From: Phoronis australis
Lineage: Eukaryota > Animalia > Phoronida
Direction: 5' to 3'
DNA length: 64,000 bases
Assembly: GCA_002633005.1 (NCBI GenBank)
Contig: NMRA01000155.1
Span: forward strand, 579,536-643,535
This document shows positions 46,856-58,400 of the stretch, piece after piece. The stretch's first letter is position 1; the number at the start of each line of letters is the position of its first letter. A program made the translations under genes and the position numbers. Below the pieces are notes generated by a model. That model had not been told where the DNA came from. It did not search any database and was given only the letters and a program-made list of their open reading frames with translations.

Positions 46856-49800
46856 TTAGAATCGCAGCTTTTGGAAAAACCACTTGTTTTTGCCAGTCTT
46901 GTACCTGAAACAAAAAAGCAAATTGTCACCAACACTTATGACCACTTCAAGTAATATAACAAGACCTCATGGATAGTTCCAACAATCACAGCTAGGACAC
47001 ATCCACCATAGGTACAGTTGAGACAGTCTCGCAAGCGCAATGCAATATGGCGGAAGTCCTAACCAATCATAGTACTCTACAAATATAGCTGCATTATCAA
47101 AATGAGTTCCGTACATACTAACGAATTGTGCATCTTCCTGCACCACAACTGACTGAGTTATCTGCTCGCCATGTCAGCAATATCCACTACAGAGCTTTCC
47201 ATAACAAATAACAGAAAGGATATGCGCAAATGGTACTGCTCATTTTTTCAAACATAAGTCAAAACCATCCAAATTTAATGAAATCCTTCATTCAACTTGA
47301 TCTTGAGGCAAACATGGCAGAAGTAAAAATGTCACCAGGGGAAACATCAGTAGTCAACACTTGCAAGAATGTCAGCCAGGCTTAAGCAGAAACCAGTGTT
47401 GAATTCCGTGAATATTCTTTGGTTCAAATGGCAGACAGAAAAAAAAACACCAACATAAATCTGCTACAAGGGGGCACAGAATATGCGGGGGTTATGTGAA
47501 AATGGACAGGTGCTTCTTTATAGAAATGCACCTTATTCATTAATTTCCACCAAGGGACTTTGTAGTTCGAGGGAGGGTGCAAAAATGGAAAACTGCGACA
47601 CAGAGGCACAGCAGTTGCTAGGTCTTTGTCAGGAACATAAATTGCATGAGGTCCCCTTCAAGAACTCAGCAAATATTCATTACGAAAATCAACACCAGCC
47701 ATGACTCAGTAGAAGTAGATTTGTCAAATTTCATAGGGGAAAGAAAAATGTTGCCACTAGCCTAGGGGGCACAACAGGGTTGGTTTCCCTCCAAATCAAT
47801 GACAACCGAGCTCTTGCCAACAAGAACATATCCCTCACAATTCATAACTATCCATCAAATCATTCAGCAGATAGAGAGGTGTATGCTAAAAATGGACACT
47901 AGAGTACTAAATCTGCCACTAGGGGGCTCACACAACATGAAAAGCCTGGAGACCTCACTGTCTGCACAAAAACACTTGCCAAGTTCAGTAGCAAAAACAA
48001 ACAAAAAATGCCATGACATGGCACACATTCATACAAATATGTTTCAAGATCCAGGTGCACACAAACACCGGATAGAGACAAGAGCAATATGGACAACACA
48101 AGTATATGTGGACACATAAAAATTCCAACTTTACAAGAGCTACACAATCCTGGTCAACACTACAACGTTCACTCCCATTCAATGAGTTCATATATGAAGC
48201 CTGCCAATCTGTTCACTCAACTGGTGCCACCACCAAGGTTTCATCTGATTTATAAAACACAATATCCTACAAGTAGAGGTAAAAACTCAAAGCATTGTAT
48301 TTCAAATTTGTCACAAGTAAGCCAAACCGGTAACTGCCTGACTCCTATAAAGATGTAGAGAAAGTTAAAACATGTGGAAGAATACTGTAGTACTTGGTTT
48401 CCTGAATGTGAATATGCAACAACCTTCAAATCCAATTTCACTAAACACAACTTAACACAATTTGGGCAGTTGACAAGACAAGTGTTGACGCGAGGCTCAC
48501 CTCTCCTCAAACCTGGCCTTCACCTCCCTCCTGGCTTTCCTCCTCAAAGCAGGGTCTCTGAATGCATCTTTATTAACCACCTGTTTGTCCATGTTGACAT
48601 CAACGGAGTACCTGCAGCAGTAATAANATTTTATATTTTAACCTATTAAAAATAATTAAAAAATTATGGGTCATGGGTTGGAGAAATAAATGAAAAATAT
48701 GAGCGGTGGGTACGACATAAAAGTGCCTTCCCCCCCTCCCATACATATTTTGCTGGAACAGCCCTGAGCAATCTCACAGATAGGGTGAATTATTCGTAAA
48801 TATCAGGCACATTGTAACACCGTGATTGTATATCACTCTCACATATATGGTGCTGCATCAGTTAGTTATACCCCAGGCATGCTGTAACAGTGTGATTTGA
48901 CAGCACTGTCACAGACATGGTAAATCATTTATACACACCAGCCACTAGGTAACAGAGGCTGGACAGCACTATCACATATGGTGCATCTTTTATTTACAAC
49001 AGGCACTATGTAACAAGACTTCGTAGCACTGCCACGTATGGCGTCACAGTGAGACAATTTACAGAACTAACAAAAATGGTGAATGAGAGAGGTCACAAGT
49101 TGTTTGGGAAGTAGATTTTGAAGAATTACTGCCTAACTCACACAAAGGGTTTATAAAAGTGGTCAGTCTTGGTGAATCAGTTCATTTGTTACACAGACAA
49201 CTCTTCCAAATACACAACCAATACACTTATACTGGCAACGTGATGTTCTTCAAAATTTTTGGAACAATGTATTGTTGAAGATTGGGTTAGAAAAAAAAAC
49301 AATATCTCCCTGGGTACAAATGTACTCACAGTTTTCTTTGGAAACAGATGTAGCCAATTTAAAATTTAATCTTGTGTCTTTGCAAGTTCCATTTATATAA
49401 GCAACGTCTCAATGGTAAACCTCCAAATTTAATTATATTAACAAAAGAAATTAACAGTTACTACTCCTGTGAAAAATATATTTATTCAAAAAATTTACAA
49501 ATAGAAAAATTTACAAACAGGTGGCTACAAATGCATAATTTGATAGCAATGTAAGGATATTTTAACATTCCAAAATACTATCTCCCCTTTTCAGAGCCAT
49601 ATACTACTACACTGTCTTGTATGTTCTTTTTCTTTAAATGTATAAAATCCGGTACAAGTATACATTTAACTTAGTAAACTTTAATTTCATTGAATTGTAA
49701 AGGCAAGGGAAGCCCAGACCCTTGCTCTTGCTTATGTTGAACTGGGAGAATAAAAAAAAAAACAATACACAAAGAAAAGAAGCCAACATCTGGTACAACA

Positions 49801-51893
49801 TTCAAGTCCCAAGTTACATGGGCACATCAACTTTATACAAAGATGGACTGACCTGCCTTCATCAATCACAACGATAAGGAGGGGGACTGAGTCGCCTTTA
49901 CCGTTAATGACAAGAGGCAGGGGGATTGAGCCGCCTATACTGTTTATGACGGAGAGAGGGACTGACAAACCCACCTTCATCGTTCATGACGAAGAGAGAC
50001 TGACCCTGCGACCCACCTGCATTGTTCATGAGGAGAGGACTGACCCTCCCTTATCAATCATGACAGAAGGGAGGGAGATCAATGTGATCAGGTGCAAAAG
50101 TTATGTGATGAAGTTTATTTTACTCCAGGAACACACTGGCCCGCTCACCTGGTTGGCATCAGGTGGTTGTAATTGTATACGCGTACGAAGGCCTTCAACT
50201 TAGACCTCTTGGCTATCTTCTTCTTGCCCATGCGCTTTGTAACTTTGCGTGGATAGCGCTCAATGCCTGCCACTAGTGCATGTCCATATTGCTTGTCAGA
50301 GGTACCTTCATCATAGTTCTGCAACACAAGCAAACAGCTATAAGTATACAATACATGACTGGCATAGCGTGTCACATACATGCAAAATATCCATATTTAA
50401 CAAGTGATAGTCTAGTAATTTCCAATATTTTCAGAAAGTTAAGAAAAAAGATTTTCGATTTCTAATCAAGTTCAAATAAATAAGTAACATTGAAATCTCA
50501 GCTCATCTCGCCACAGCCAACTTCATTGTGCAGTCTGAGGAGCTGATCTTTCCCCACTGGTCCAGATTTAGTTATCAGGGCTTGGAATGACCAATGACAA
50601 AAAACGCGGAAACTTTGAAACTTTTAAGGCCCAAATCATGCCCCCGATAACCAGCCTTGAAATAATGGTCAATGTGAACCTTTCCCCAACAAAAATCGGG
50701 AGGACAAAAAAAAAGGTACCACCATCAGTAGCATGCGTCTGCGTCCTTTTAGTTCCCAACCCACACATTTTTGGCTGCAGAGCGGTAGTATTTGTCGCCG
50801 CGCTTAACAATAACACGAGACGCCATTGAAAATCCCACCACGCTGTCCCAGATGCCCCGGCAATGTTGACAATTTACGTTCCTCCGAAACATAAAGAGCA
50901 ACTTCCGATTTTCGAGGTGAACGTTGTCTGCAACGCCGCGGTAAGAAAGGAATTTGCCGTGGAAATTTTATATCAAATTCGATTTTTTTACGCGGAAATA
51001 TTATAAAAAAAAGCGGAAAGCACATTTGAAAAAAGCGGAAATCCGCGTTTCCGCGGAAAATTCCAAGCCCTGAGTTACACCTAATCCACAGCAATATTGT
51101 AAAAGATCAGGTTCTCACTGCAGAAGTTGGCATATCGAAACGTGGTAAATTCCTTTTCCTGTGTTTCTAAATCTTATCCAACTCCCTGGAATATCCACCC
51201 TCACAATACGACTAAAGATCTTGACATGATTTCCAAAATAGATGACATCCCACAATGCAACGCCAACTGCATTATTCAGATGTTCAAAAATTAACTTGAC
51301 AGCCAACAGTTTGCAAATGGATTGAACCATCATTCAGGGCCCTCATTCATCCTTCTAAGGGAAATGTGCCAGTGCCTTCTGAGAGGGAGACTACCTTGTG
51401 TTCACCGGTCTTGTGGTGGTAAAGGTACGAAGGAACATTGATAACCTGTATGCGAGACATCCTGGTATTCACCTTCCGGGTGACGTGCCTGTGTTCCGTA
51501 GGAAACGTGGGAAATGTTGTAGATGTGCTTCCGGTGAATCGTACGAGTCTCTGTTACCTACTTGCTAATGGGCAATTGCCTATTAGCCGAATGGTTAGCA
51601 CGCTTGCCTGTTTTATGGGGGTGGCTGGTTCGATTCCCGGGTCGGATAATCTCGGCTATTACTATACAGTTCGATGTTATTAGCCCAGCATGGCCAGACT
51701 CAAATGACATCACACTCTGTGACGTTGTGCTTCACACAGGGACCATGCAAAGTTATCTGTAGCGGTGTTTTGCATCATTACTGTTTACAACTTAGTGCAA
51801 CATGCAGCTCACCTTTACAATTACTGCCTTACGACCAGCAAATCGTCCACCCAAGACAAGGCAAACCTTGCCCGATTTTAAGAATTTACCCAT
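46856..51893 (-). CDS. RPL27: 60S ribosomal protein L27 (eL27)
   Basis: Exons 51893-51813, 50318-50149, 48611-48501, 46904-46856 = 411 nt, 136 aa: [33 protein letters not shown]...[15 protein letters not shown]...[16 protein letters not shown]; AATAAA at 46833-46828. Confidence 0.98.
48628..48764 (-). mobile_element. Terminus of a PIF/Harbinger-like TIR element
   Basis: Reverse complement of 4818-4954; truncated at the single N (48627). Confidence 0.7.
49845..50078. repeat. ~39-bp degenerate minisatellite in RPL27 intron
   Basis: About 6 units of GGACTGAC.....TTCATCGTTCATGACGAAGAGAG. Confidence 0.8.
50576..51072. mobile_element. MITE with CAGGGCTTGGAAT TIRs
   Basis: CAGGGCTTGGAAT ... ATTCCAAGCCCTG, flanks AGTTAT/AGTTAC; internal GCGGAAA repeats; another end at ~46278-46292. 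Confidence 0.8.
51115..51295 (+). mobile_element. Degraded CR1/L2-like LINE fragment
   Basis: [10 protein letters not shown]...[31 protein letters not shown] resembles the post-RT 'LAY..LVRP.LEY...W.PH..KDI..IE.VQ..A.R.I' motif. Confidence 0.4.
51578..51660 (+). mobile_element. tRNA-derived SINE head or tRNA pseudogene
   Basis: TAGCCGAATGG A box and GGTTCGATTCC B box; anticodon and T stems do not pair. Confidence 0.55.
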
Positions 51894-52223
51894 GATGGAC
51901 CTGCAAAAGAAGACAACAATAGAGTTGCATTATTCAATGTGATTTATAAATTACATTTCATTGGGTTAATCACTCGCAATGCATAACGTCAACTACGCCA
52001 GAAAAGAGTCAATGAAAAATAGACAAACATTGATAACCCATAGGTTAGTACCCTGTACAGAAAAACATTTTATTTTAGAAATTCCTGCAAATATACGTCA
52101 GGTATATCTCCTGTGGTGTAACCTAAAATTTATATTAGTCTAAAAAGCACACTATTTTGTCCGTCTACGGGAAGAGGAGTGATGATGTTGCTGGATTTAT
52201 TACAAATTTATGTTACGCTTTAC

Positions 52224-52462
52224 CTTGTTGCCGCAATGGCCGATCGGAAAAGGAAGCAACCTCGTTTTCGATTCAAAACTAGATGGCCACAGTCGATTTT
52301 CTAGTTTTATTGGTAAAGAGACATGAAAAGAATTTATATAATCTATTTCGACATATTTTAGCACAATTTTTTGATCTATGCCTTACTGTGGTGCTGAAGA
52401 TCCACTAAACAGCAAAGCACTAACTCAAAGAGGCCTGAGCTGCAGCCAGTGTTACACCGACA
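52224..52462. promoter_or_regulatory. Bidirectional RPL27/DCTN2 promoter with RPL27 5'TOP/TCT initiator and non-coding exon 1
   Basis: Minus strand CTTCCTTTTCC (52256-52246) then AAG|GTAAAG donor after 52224; DCTN2 ATG at 52463 on the plus strand; YY1-like AGATGGCC at ~52281. Confidence 0.8.
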
Positions 52463-55400
52463 ATGGCCGACCCGAAGTACGCAAGTTTACCAGGAATTGT
52501 AAGTTGGAGTGATCAAAACGTTGATAAAAGGTTCATTACTTGTATCATTACTGCATAGCTTAAATGTTAAACCATACCATACCATAATCTTGTGTATTTT
52601 CAATTGTTTGTTGCAATTATCGATAGTGAAAAAAGCATGTAGTTGCAGCCGCTCCCTTGTCGAGACTCAAGTCAAGTTAACTCCAACTACACTATAGTCA
52701 AGTGACCTAATTATCGGACGTTTTGGCACATTTTGCATTATATTTAATTGAAAATACTGTGGATTGCTGTAAATTCTTTGCTGCAATAAAGACTTACCAT
52801 TACGAAATTGTTCTATTACTATATATTTCATCGAAAGCCACATTTATGTTCTGACTGATCTTTAAAAACACAACTAGCAAACCTTAGGAAAACTAAATAT
52901 CGGACACCATGTTTCCTCATACGCCACACCGCCGAAAACTGACTAACCAAGTAATGGCCGCGGGCACCTTGTTGCCAAATTTTAACTCAAGTGTTTTGAT
53001 GCTGCTAGAACACAGCTCCGTTCGCAATAAAATTATCCATAAAATGAAATCTGATCGCAGCACCAAGTTGCTTCGATTAATCAGTGCAGACGACTAAAGC
53101 ACGTGCAAACTTACCGCAGTGTTTAGTATCTCTTTGCCTTCTTGCACATGTGCAGCCGGGGTTTGACTTGAGTTTAAAAGCAAATGAAACAGTGACATAT
53201 TGTCAGTTCAATTAGATGATTTCATTGTGGAGAAAGATTTTGTTTTCAAATTTTATAACCGATTTATGCGATCGTCCATTTTAGGCCGACTTAGGGGTCA
53301 AAACTGCACCCTCTCTCGGTGAAATCAGAACGAGGCAAAGCTATAAAAAACGAGACGGTGCTGGACATTGAATGCATTACAGCGGAACAAAAATTGATGT
53401 CATTTATTTCTGAGATTATGCCTCAAGTAAGATTTTATGAAATGTTTGATATTTAGGGTCCGTCCGATAATTAGGTACACTATGTGTAGTTGTACGCAAG
53501 TTGTCCTCTTCCGATACTGTCAAACTTCAACTTGTTAGAGACTATGTGGTTATTACTAAAAGAATGTGATATACAATGCATGGTACAAACACTCCAGCTG
53601 TTGGATGAGGTTTGTTACACACATGCCATTTGAATTTTGGGACAATAATAAGAAATTTGAATCTTCAGAATCCGTTCCTGAATCAGTGATTGTCTCTACA
53701 TTTAGACTGAGACTGTTGTGCTTGAACTTGGAAGTTTGGTTATTCTCAAGATCGCTTATACGTGAAATTGGAATAGCCTAGGCATAGGGCATTTGGCAGC
53801 TTCATTAAAATAATCACTTTCATGTAGAAAAAGGGCTCTGCTCTAAAGTAAAGCATGGCTCTGGTCGGATATACTGGGCCCTCATTTAGAGAACCAGGCA
53901 ATCACTGAATAACGGGCCCGTTATTTAGTGGATAAAACTGGTTCTCTAAGTCAGGGACTGCTATATCCAACCAGTGCCATAAAGCACAGAGATCTATATT
54001 CCACTCCAGACCAGGTTTGAACCGGTGTCCTCTGGCTGCACCTGAAGATAAAAATTTTGCCGTTTTTCAAAAAATTGTTCCCAACAGTCTAAGTGTAGGT
54101 AAAGTGGTATTATATGAAACAGAAACCTCAAGGGCATTCCAAATAAGAACTGTCATGTTCATGTGAAAGTTACATTTTTATTTATGGTAATTTACCATCA
54201 GGCCTTTATGCAGCGTACGTCCTGGGCGTCCAAATGGACGTCCATTTGGACGCCCTAGCACTAATCTGGATGCCCTGGCAAGGACGCCCAATGTATCATT
54301 TGGACGCCCACTGTCAATAGGAACCTTTCAACTTTGGACACACACATTGTAATGATTACGAGGAAGCCTGCGAAGGCTCAGTGGGGGATCTTTTTTCAAA
54401 GCAGGAAGAGATATACAATGTGTATATAAAATGTTGCTATGCTCACACTTGGTTGATAGCATTTTAAAAGTCTTGGTCTACAGTTTTTTTAGTAAAAATG
54501 CTCATTACAGTAGGCTGTTTTGTATTTTAGATGTAAAAACAGCTTGGTCTATGAATTTTTTGTAAAAAAAATTGTGTGTTTGGGGGAGATTGCTGGGGGT
54601 GGGGATTATGCGTCGGAACCATGGACACCCTGGAATATTGGGAAACCCATTTTGGACACCCTATTTTCAAAATCCTGGATAAAGGCCTGTTTACCATCAA
54701 ATATTAGAAATTCTGAATAGCCTGTTAACTTGATTTCATTTTAGTGAAATCTGTTACCCAACTGGCTGTTAGTTGACTAGAATCTTGCATTTTTGGAAGA
54801 GTGTTGTGTTTTAAAAGATGCGCCGGGGGGTCACACTGCTGCAATGTACTTGTGCCTCTTACATTTTTATGCACTAATGAGCAGTCCAGAGATATCCCTG
54901 AATCGCAATTTAACAAAATATTATAAATTCTAACCTACCTTTATTGTTTTTTAAAGTATTGTCACTCTTGTTCCCTGTAACTGATGAACCATTCATATAT
55001 TCTCCAACTTAGGAAATTACATCGCCTACTCCCATAGAAAGTTACTCATGTCAAAATTCCCAGTTCACGCACAGCAAGACCACTTTGTTGCTTAGTTCAT
55101 TCTAATGCCGCATAGTGCCGGGGAAGAAACTTTGCAAATGAAAGTTGTGTAACTACACGAGATGTGGCATACATGCATGGTTGACATGTCTAGAAGGGCG
55201 TGTACTATGCATAAGAATAAGGTAGTGGAATCGGTCGATTGCCACTGTGCCCTATTTTCTTGTAAAATTGAGTGATCCAGCTGTTAACCTTGATCTAGTC
55301 GGAAGGGTGTTCCAAGAAAGAAGAAACACTGTACTTTTGTCTGTATATTTGTTTGACGTAACGAGCACTTCTACATTAGCCCATTTCAATTTTATCAATG

Positions 55401-58400
55401 GAGGACTGATTCCGTGATGTCTTCGGGCATTGTCAACTTTGAGGTAACACAGAACTTTGTGTATGCCACGGAAATCAATAGCCTTCATCTGCTACACTAC
55501 TGTTAGGCCCTCGTTCACTTGAGCGGGTAAAGGTATCCGTGTCTCTTGAGAGAGGAATGTTTTTATTGAGAGGAAGTCCTGCAGTTAATTGTTATCATTT
55601 CCATCCTGTTGTAGGCAGTAGACCAACCAGATGTATTTGAGACAAGTGACTTACCTGAGGCTGACCAGGATAACTATGAACCGGTAAGAATTGTTTTATT
55701 TGCCTGCCACCATTTACAGAAACTAAGTTGCCCATGTGTATAAAGAGCTTCGTTGGTGATTCGAAGTCCTGACCAGAGGAGAAATACAGACTGGACATGT
55801 CCTATGGTCATTTTATTCTTAATTGCCATCTGTGCATCTCTTGTCTGCATTTTATGTTTGGTCTTTCAAATCACCTGTTTACAGAAGAGCATTGTGCAAG
55901 CTGCCTGCTTTACCTCAACCCTCTCTTGCATGGCACTTTGCCTTACATACAGGTGTGGTTAAAGCAATAAGCGTTTAAATACTTACGTTTTCTTTCCTAT
56001 TACTCTGCATGTGTTTATAGTCAACATCTGCTGTCAATTTCAAAACATTACGGCAGGCCATGAGTAGGATTCCCAGTTGAGCACACTGTTAGTTTCTTGA
56101 GTCAGGTGTCTAGCTTCTCAGTTTGATTTTAAGTGTATATTAATAAAACTTAGAAAAGGTTCCAGGTGATCAGTGCAATGGGCCCATTTGAGCGACCTAT
56201 GCATGCCAGGTACAATGAGTATCAGACCACCTGCAGTTATTTTAGATTTGAAAACTTTATTTATCCAATTGTTTAAAATTGCTTATCAGTTTCGAAATCT
56301 GGAGACTTGTTCCTCCAGGAACAATCACAAAAGTTAATTACTTAGTCCATTCATCTTGTTTGTAGGAAGAGCTGGATAGCGAGAGTGTGGAAAAGCTGCC
56401 TGTAGATGTCAGCACAGCCTATGAAAGGTTCAAGGGGAAGAGTGTAGATGCACAAGGAATTGGTAAACACTGAGGACATCCACTCACATATAATATTACA
56501 GTAGAGTACAAAGTGTTAATAGATTCTTTGTCACAATATTAATGGCATAAGTGGACATCTGAAAAAATTTGTATAGGCACATCCGAAATTCTTGAAGAAT
56601 ATTGAAGCTGAAAAGTGAATACAGATAGACGGGTGACCTATTTTCCAAAGCCTTTAAATATGAAGGCATTTTGAAGTGAAAATACAGCTGGGACTGCAGT
56701 TTGTAGGTTATCGTTTAGTGTAATGTAGTTTATGTTCTAGTGAGTAGTTTAAATTTAATCATTTCTGAAATAATTGTTTCGTAAATTGTCAGTCTGAACT
56801 GTAAAATGGTTGTTCTGATGTGTCTGTATCTAATGAATCTGTAATTAACATTGGAGATTTGTTATCACTTTGTGGGTAAAAGAGGAAGCAACTATTCTAG
56901 ATGTGCAGTCTTTTAATTTGCTTGTAGATTTCTCTGAGAGATTGCGGAAATCAAAGAAAGGTGGTTACCATGTTGCAGCTACAGAATATGAGCTGGTTTG
57001 TAAACATTTATGTAGCTTAAATTTCTCAAGTTAGTCAAGTGAAGAATTACAATGTTTATGTATCATACATAGTAACTTGAGAGGGTGACAGTTTGATGAT
57101 CAGTTACCCCTGCTGAAGAAGTAGCCAGTGAACGTCAGCAGACTTGTCGCCTTAATGGTTTGATTGTTTGAAGGATTTTGTATATAACCAAGCTGTTGTA
57201 ACATTTCTTTCTGTAACACAAAACTGTGACTGTGGCCTCCTGTTTGGTGGCCTGAATCTTGTGCATTGTGGCATTTCAATTTTTGGTATGGTTTTAAAGC
57301 TCAGTGATAGTAATGTGCATTGTGACTTTTATTCACTTTTAGGCAGTCATTTGACAGTACATGTGTATGTTAAGGCTCATGCAAAATAATGTATTTTTTC
57401 CATAGTACTTTTGTTTTGCTTAAATTTTCACCTTTTGGTGCATTCCAGTTTTGTAACGGATGAGTCAATCTTCACTCATGCTATATTAAATCCTGTTTTC
57501 GCATGATCTCTGGATTGGTTGTCTGTTATCACATGACCGCGGTTGGTTTGATTGTATTGCAGGCTGGTGCTGAGGAGCCAGAGACTGTCCAGCAGAAATA
57601 CCAACGTTTACAACACGAAGTGTCACAACTCACCTCTGAGTTACAGAAGATCCAGGTAAGAAATACAATGGAGACCCTTTAAGGTCATGTTGGAAACAAC
57701 AGGTCTGAAAGTTGTTTAATGGGGTCGCACAATATGTTGCAACAACAGTGTGAGGACGAACTTTGGGACGAACGGAACGGGTTGGGCATATTGTGTGAAA
57801 AGTGTTACTGTATTATGTAGTGTCTAGCGATGTGACTATAGAGTACGATCTTTTTAGCTACAAATTGAGGTCATTCAAAAACGAACGCACTTCTGGCTAA
57901 ACCTAATATTGTCGGATTATCTAGAACTAGCGGTTTGACTAGTAATGTTGTCGCACTAAAGTGTGGCGAAAACAATTCATGGCTCAGTGTTTTAACATTT
58001 AGATTATCTTGAGTAAAAATATCAATAACACAGTTGTTGTTATTTTTGGTATGACGTGCCTCAAAGTTTGGCAGAGTTTGACAAATTTCTGTTGAAATCT
58101 GTCCAGTTTATTTTGAAAACTACTGCATTTGTGCAGTTTCTACTATTTACCATCCTCAGGTGCCTTTCTGATCATCTGCAACTGACTGGTCACATATCAT
58201 CTGATTGTCTGCTACTGACTGGACACATGTCATCTGATTGTCTGCTACTGACTGGTGACATGTCATCTGATTGACTGCTACTGACTGGTCACATATCATC
58301 TGATTGTCTGCTACTGACTGGTCACATGTCATCTGATTGTCTGCTACTGACTGGTCACATGTCATCTGATGGTCTGCTACTGACTGGTAACATATCACTT

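Noticed and set aside
50495-50570. Possible C/D snoRNA in RPL27 intron (CTGA, ATGAAG on minus strand)
   Set aside because: No recognisable C box, terminal stem or rRNA guide that I could verify; snoscan/Infernal would settle it.
51360-51500. Possible H/ACA snoRNA (ACAAGA...ACATTT on minus strand)
   Set aside because: Only a 6-bp basal stem; upper stem and 5' hairpin are unconvincing.
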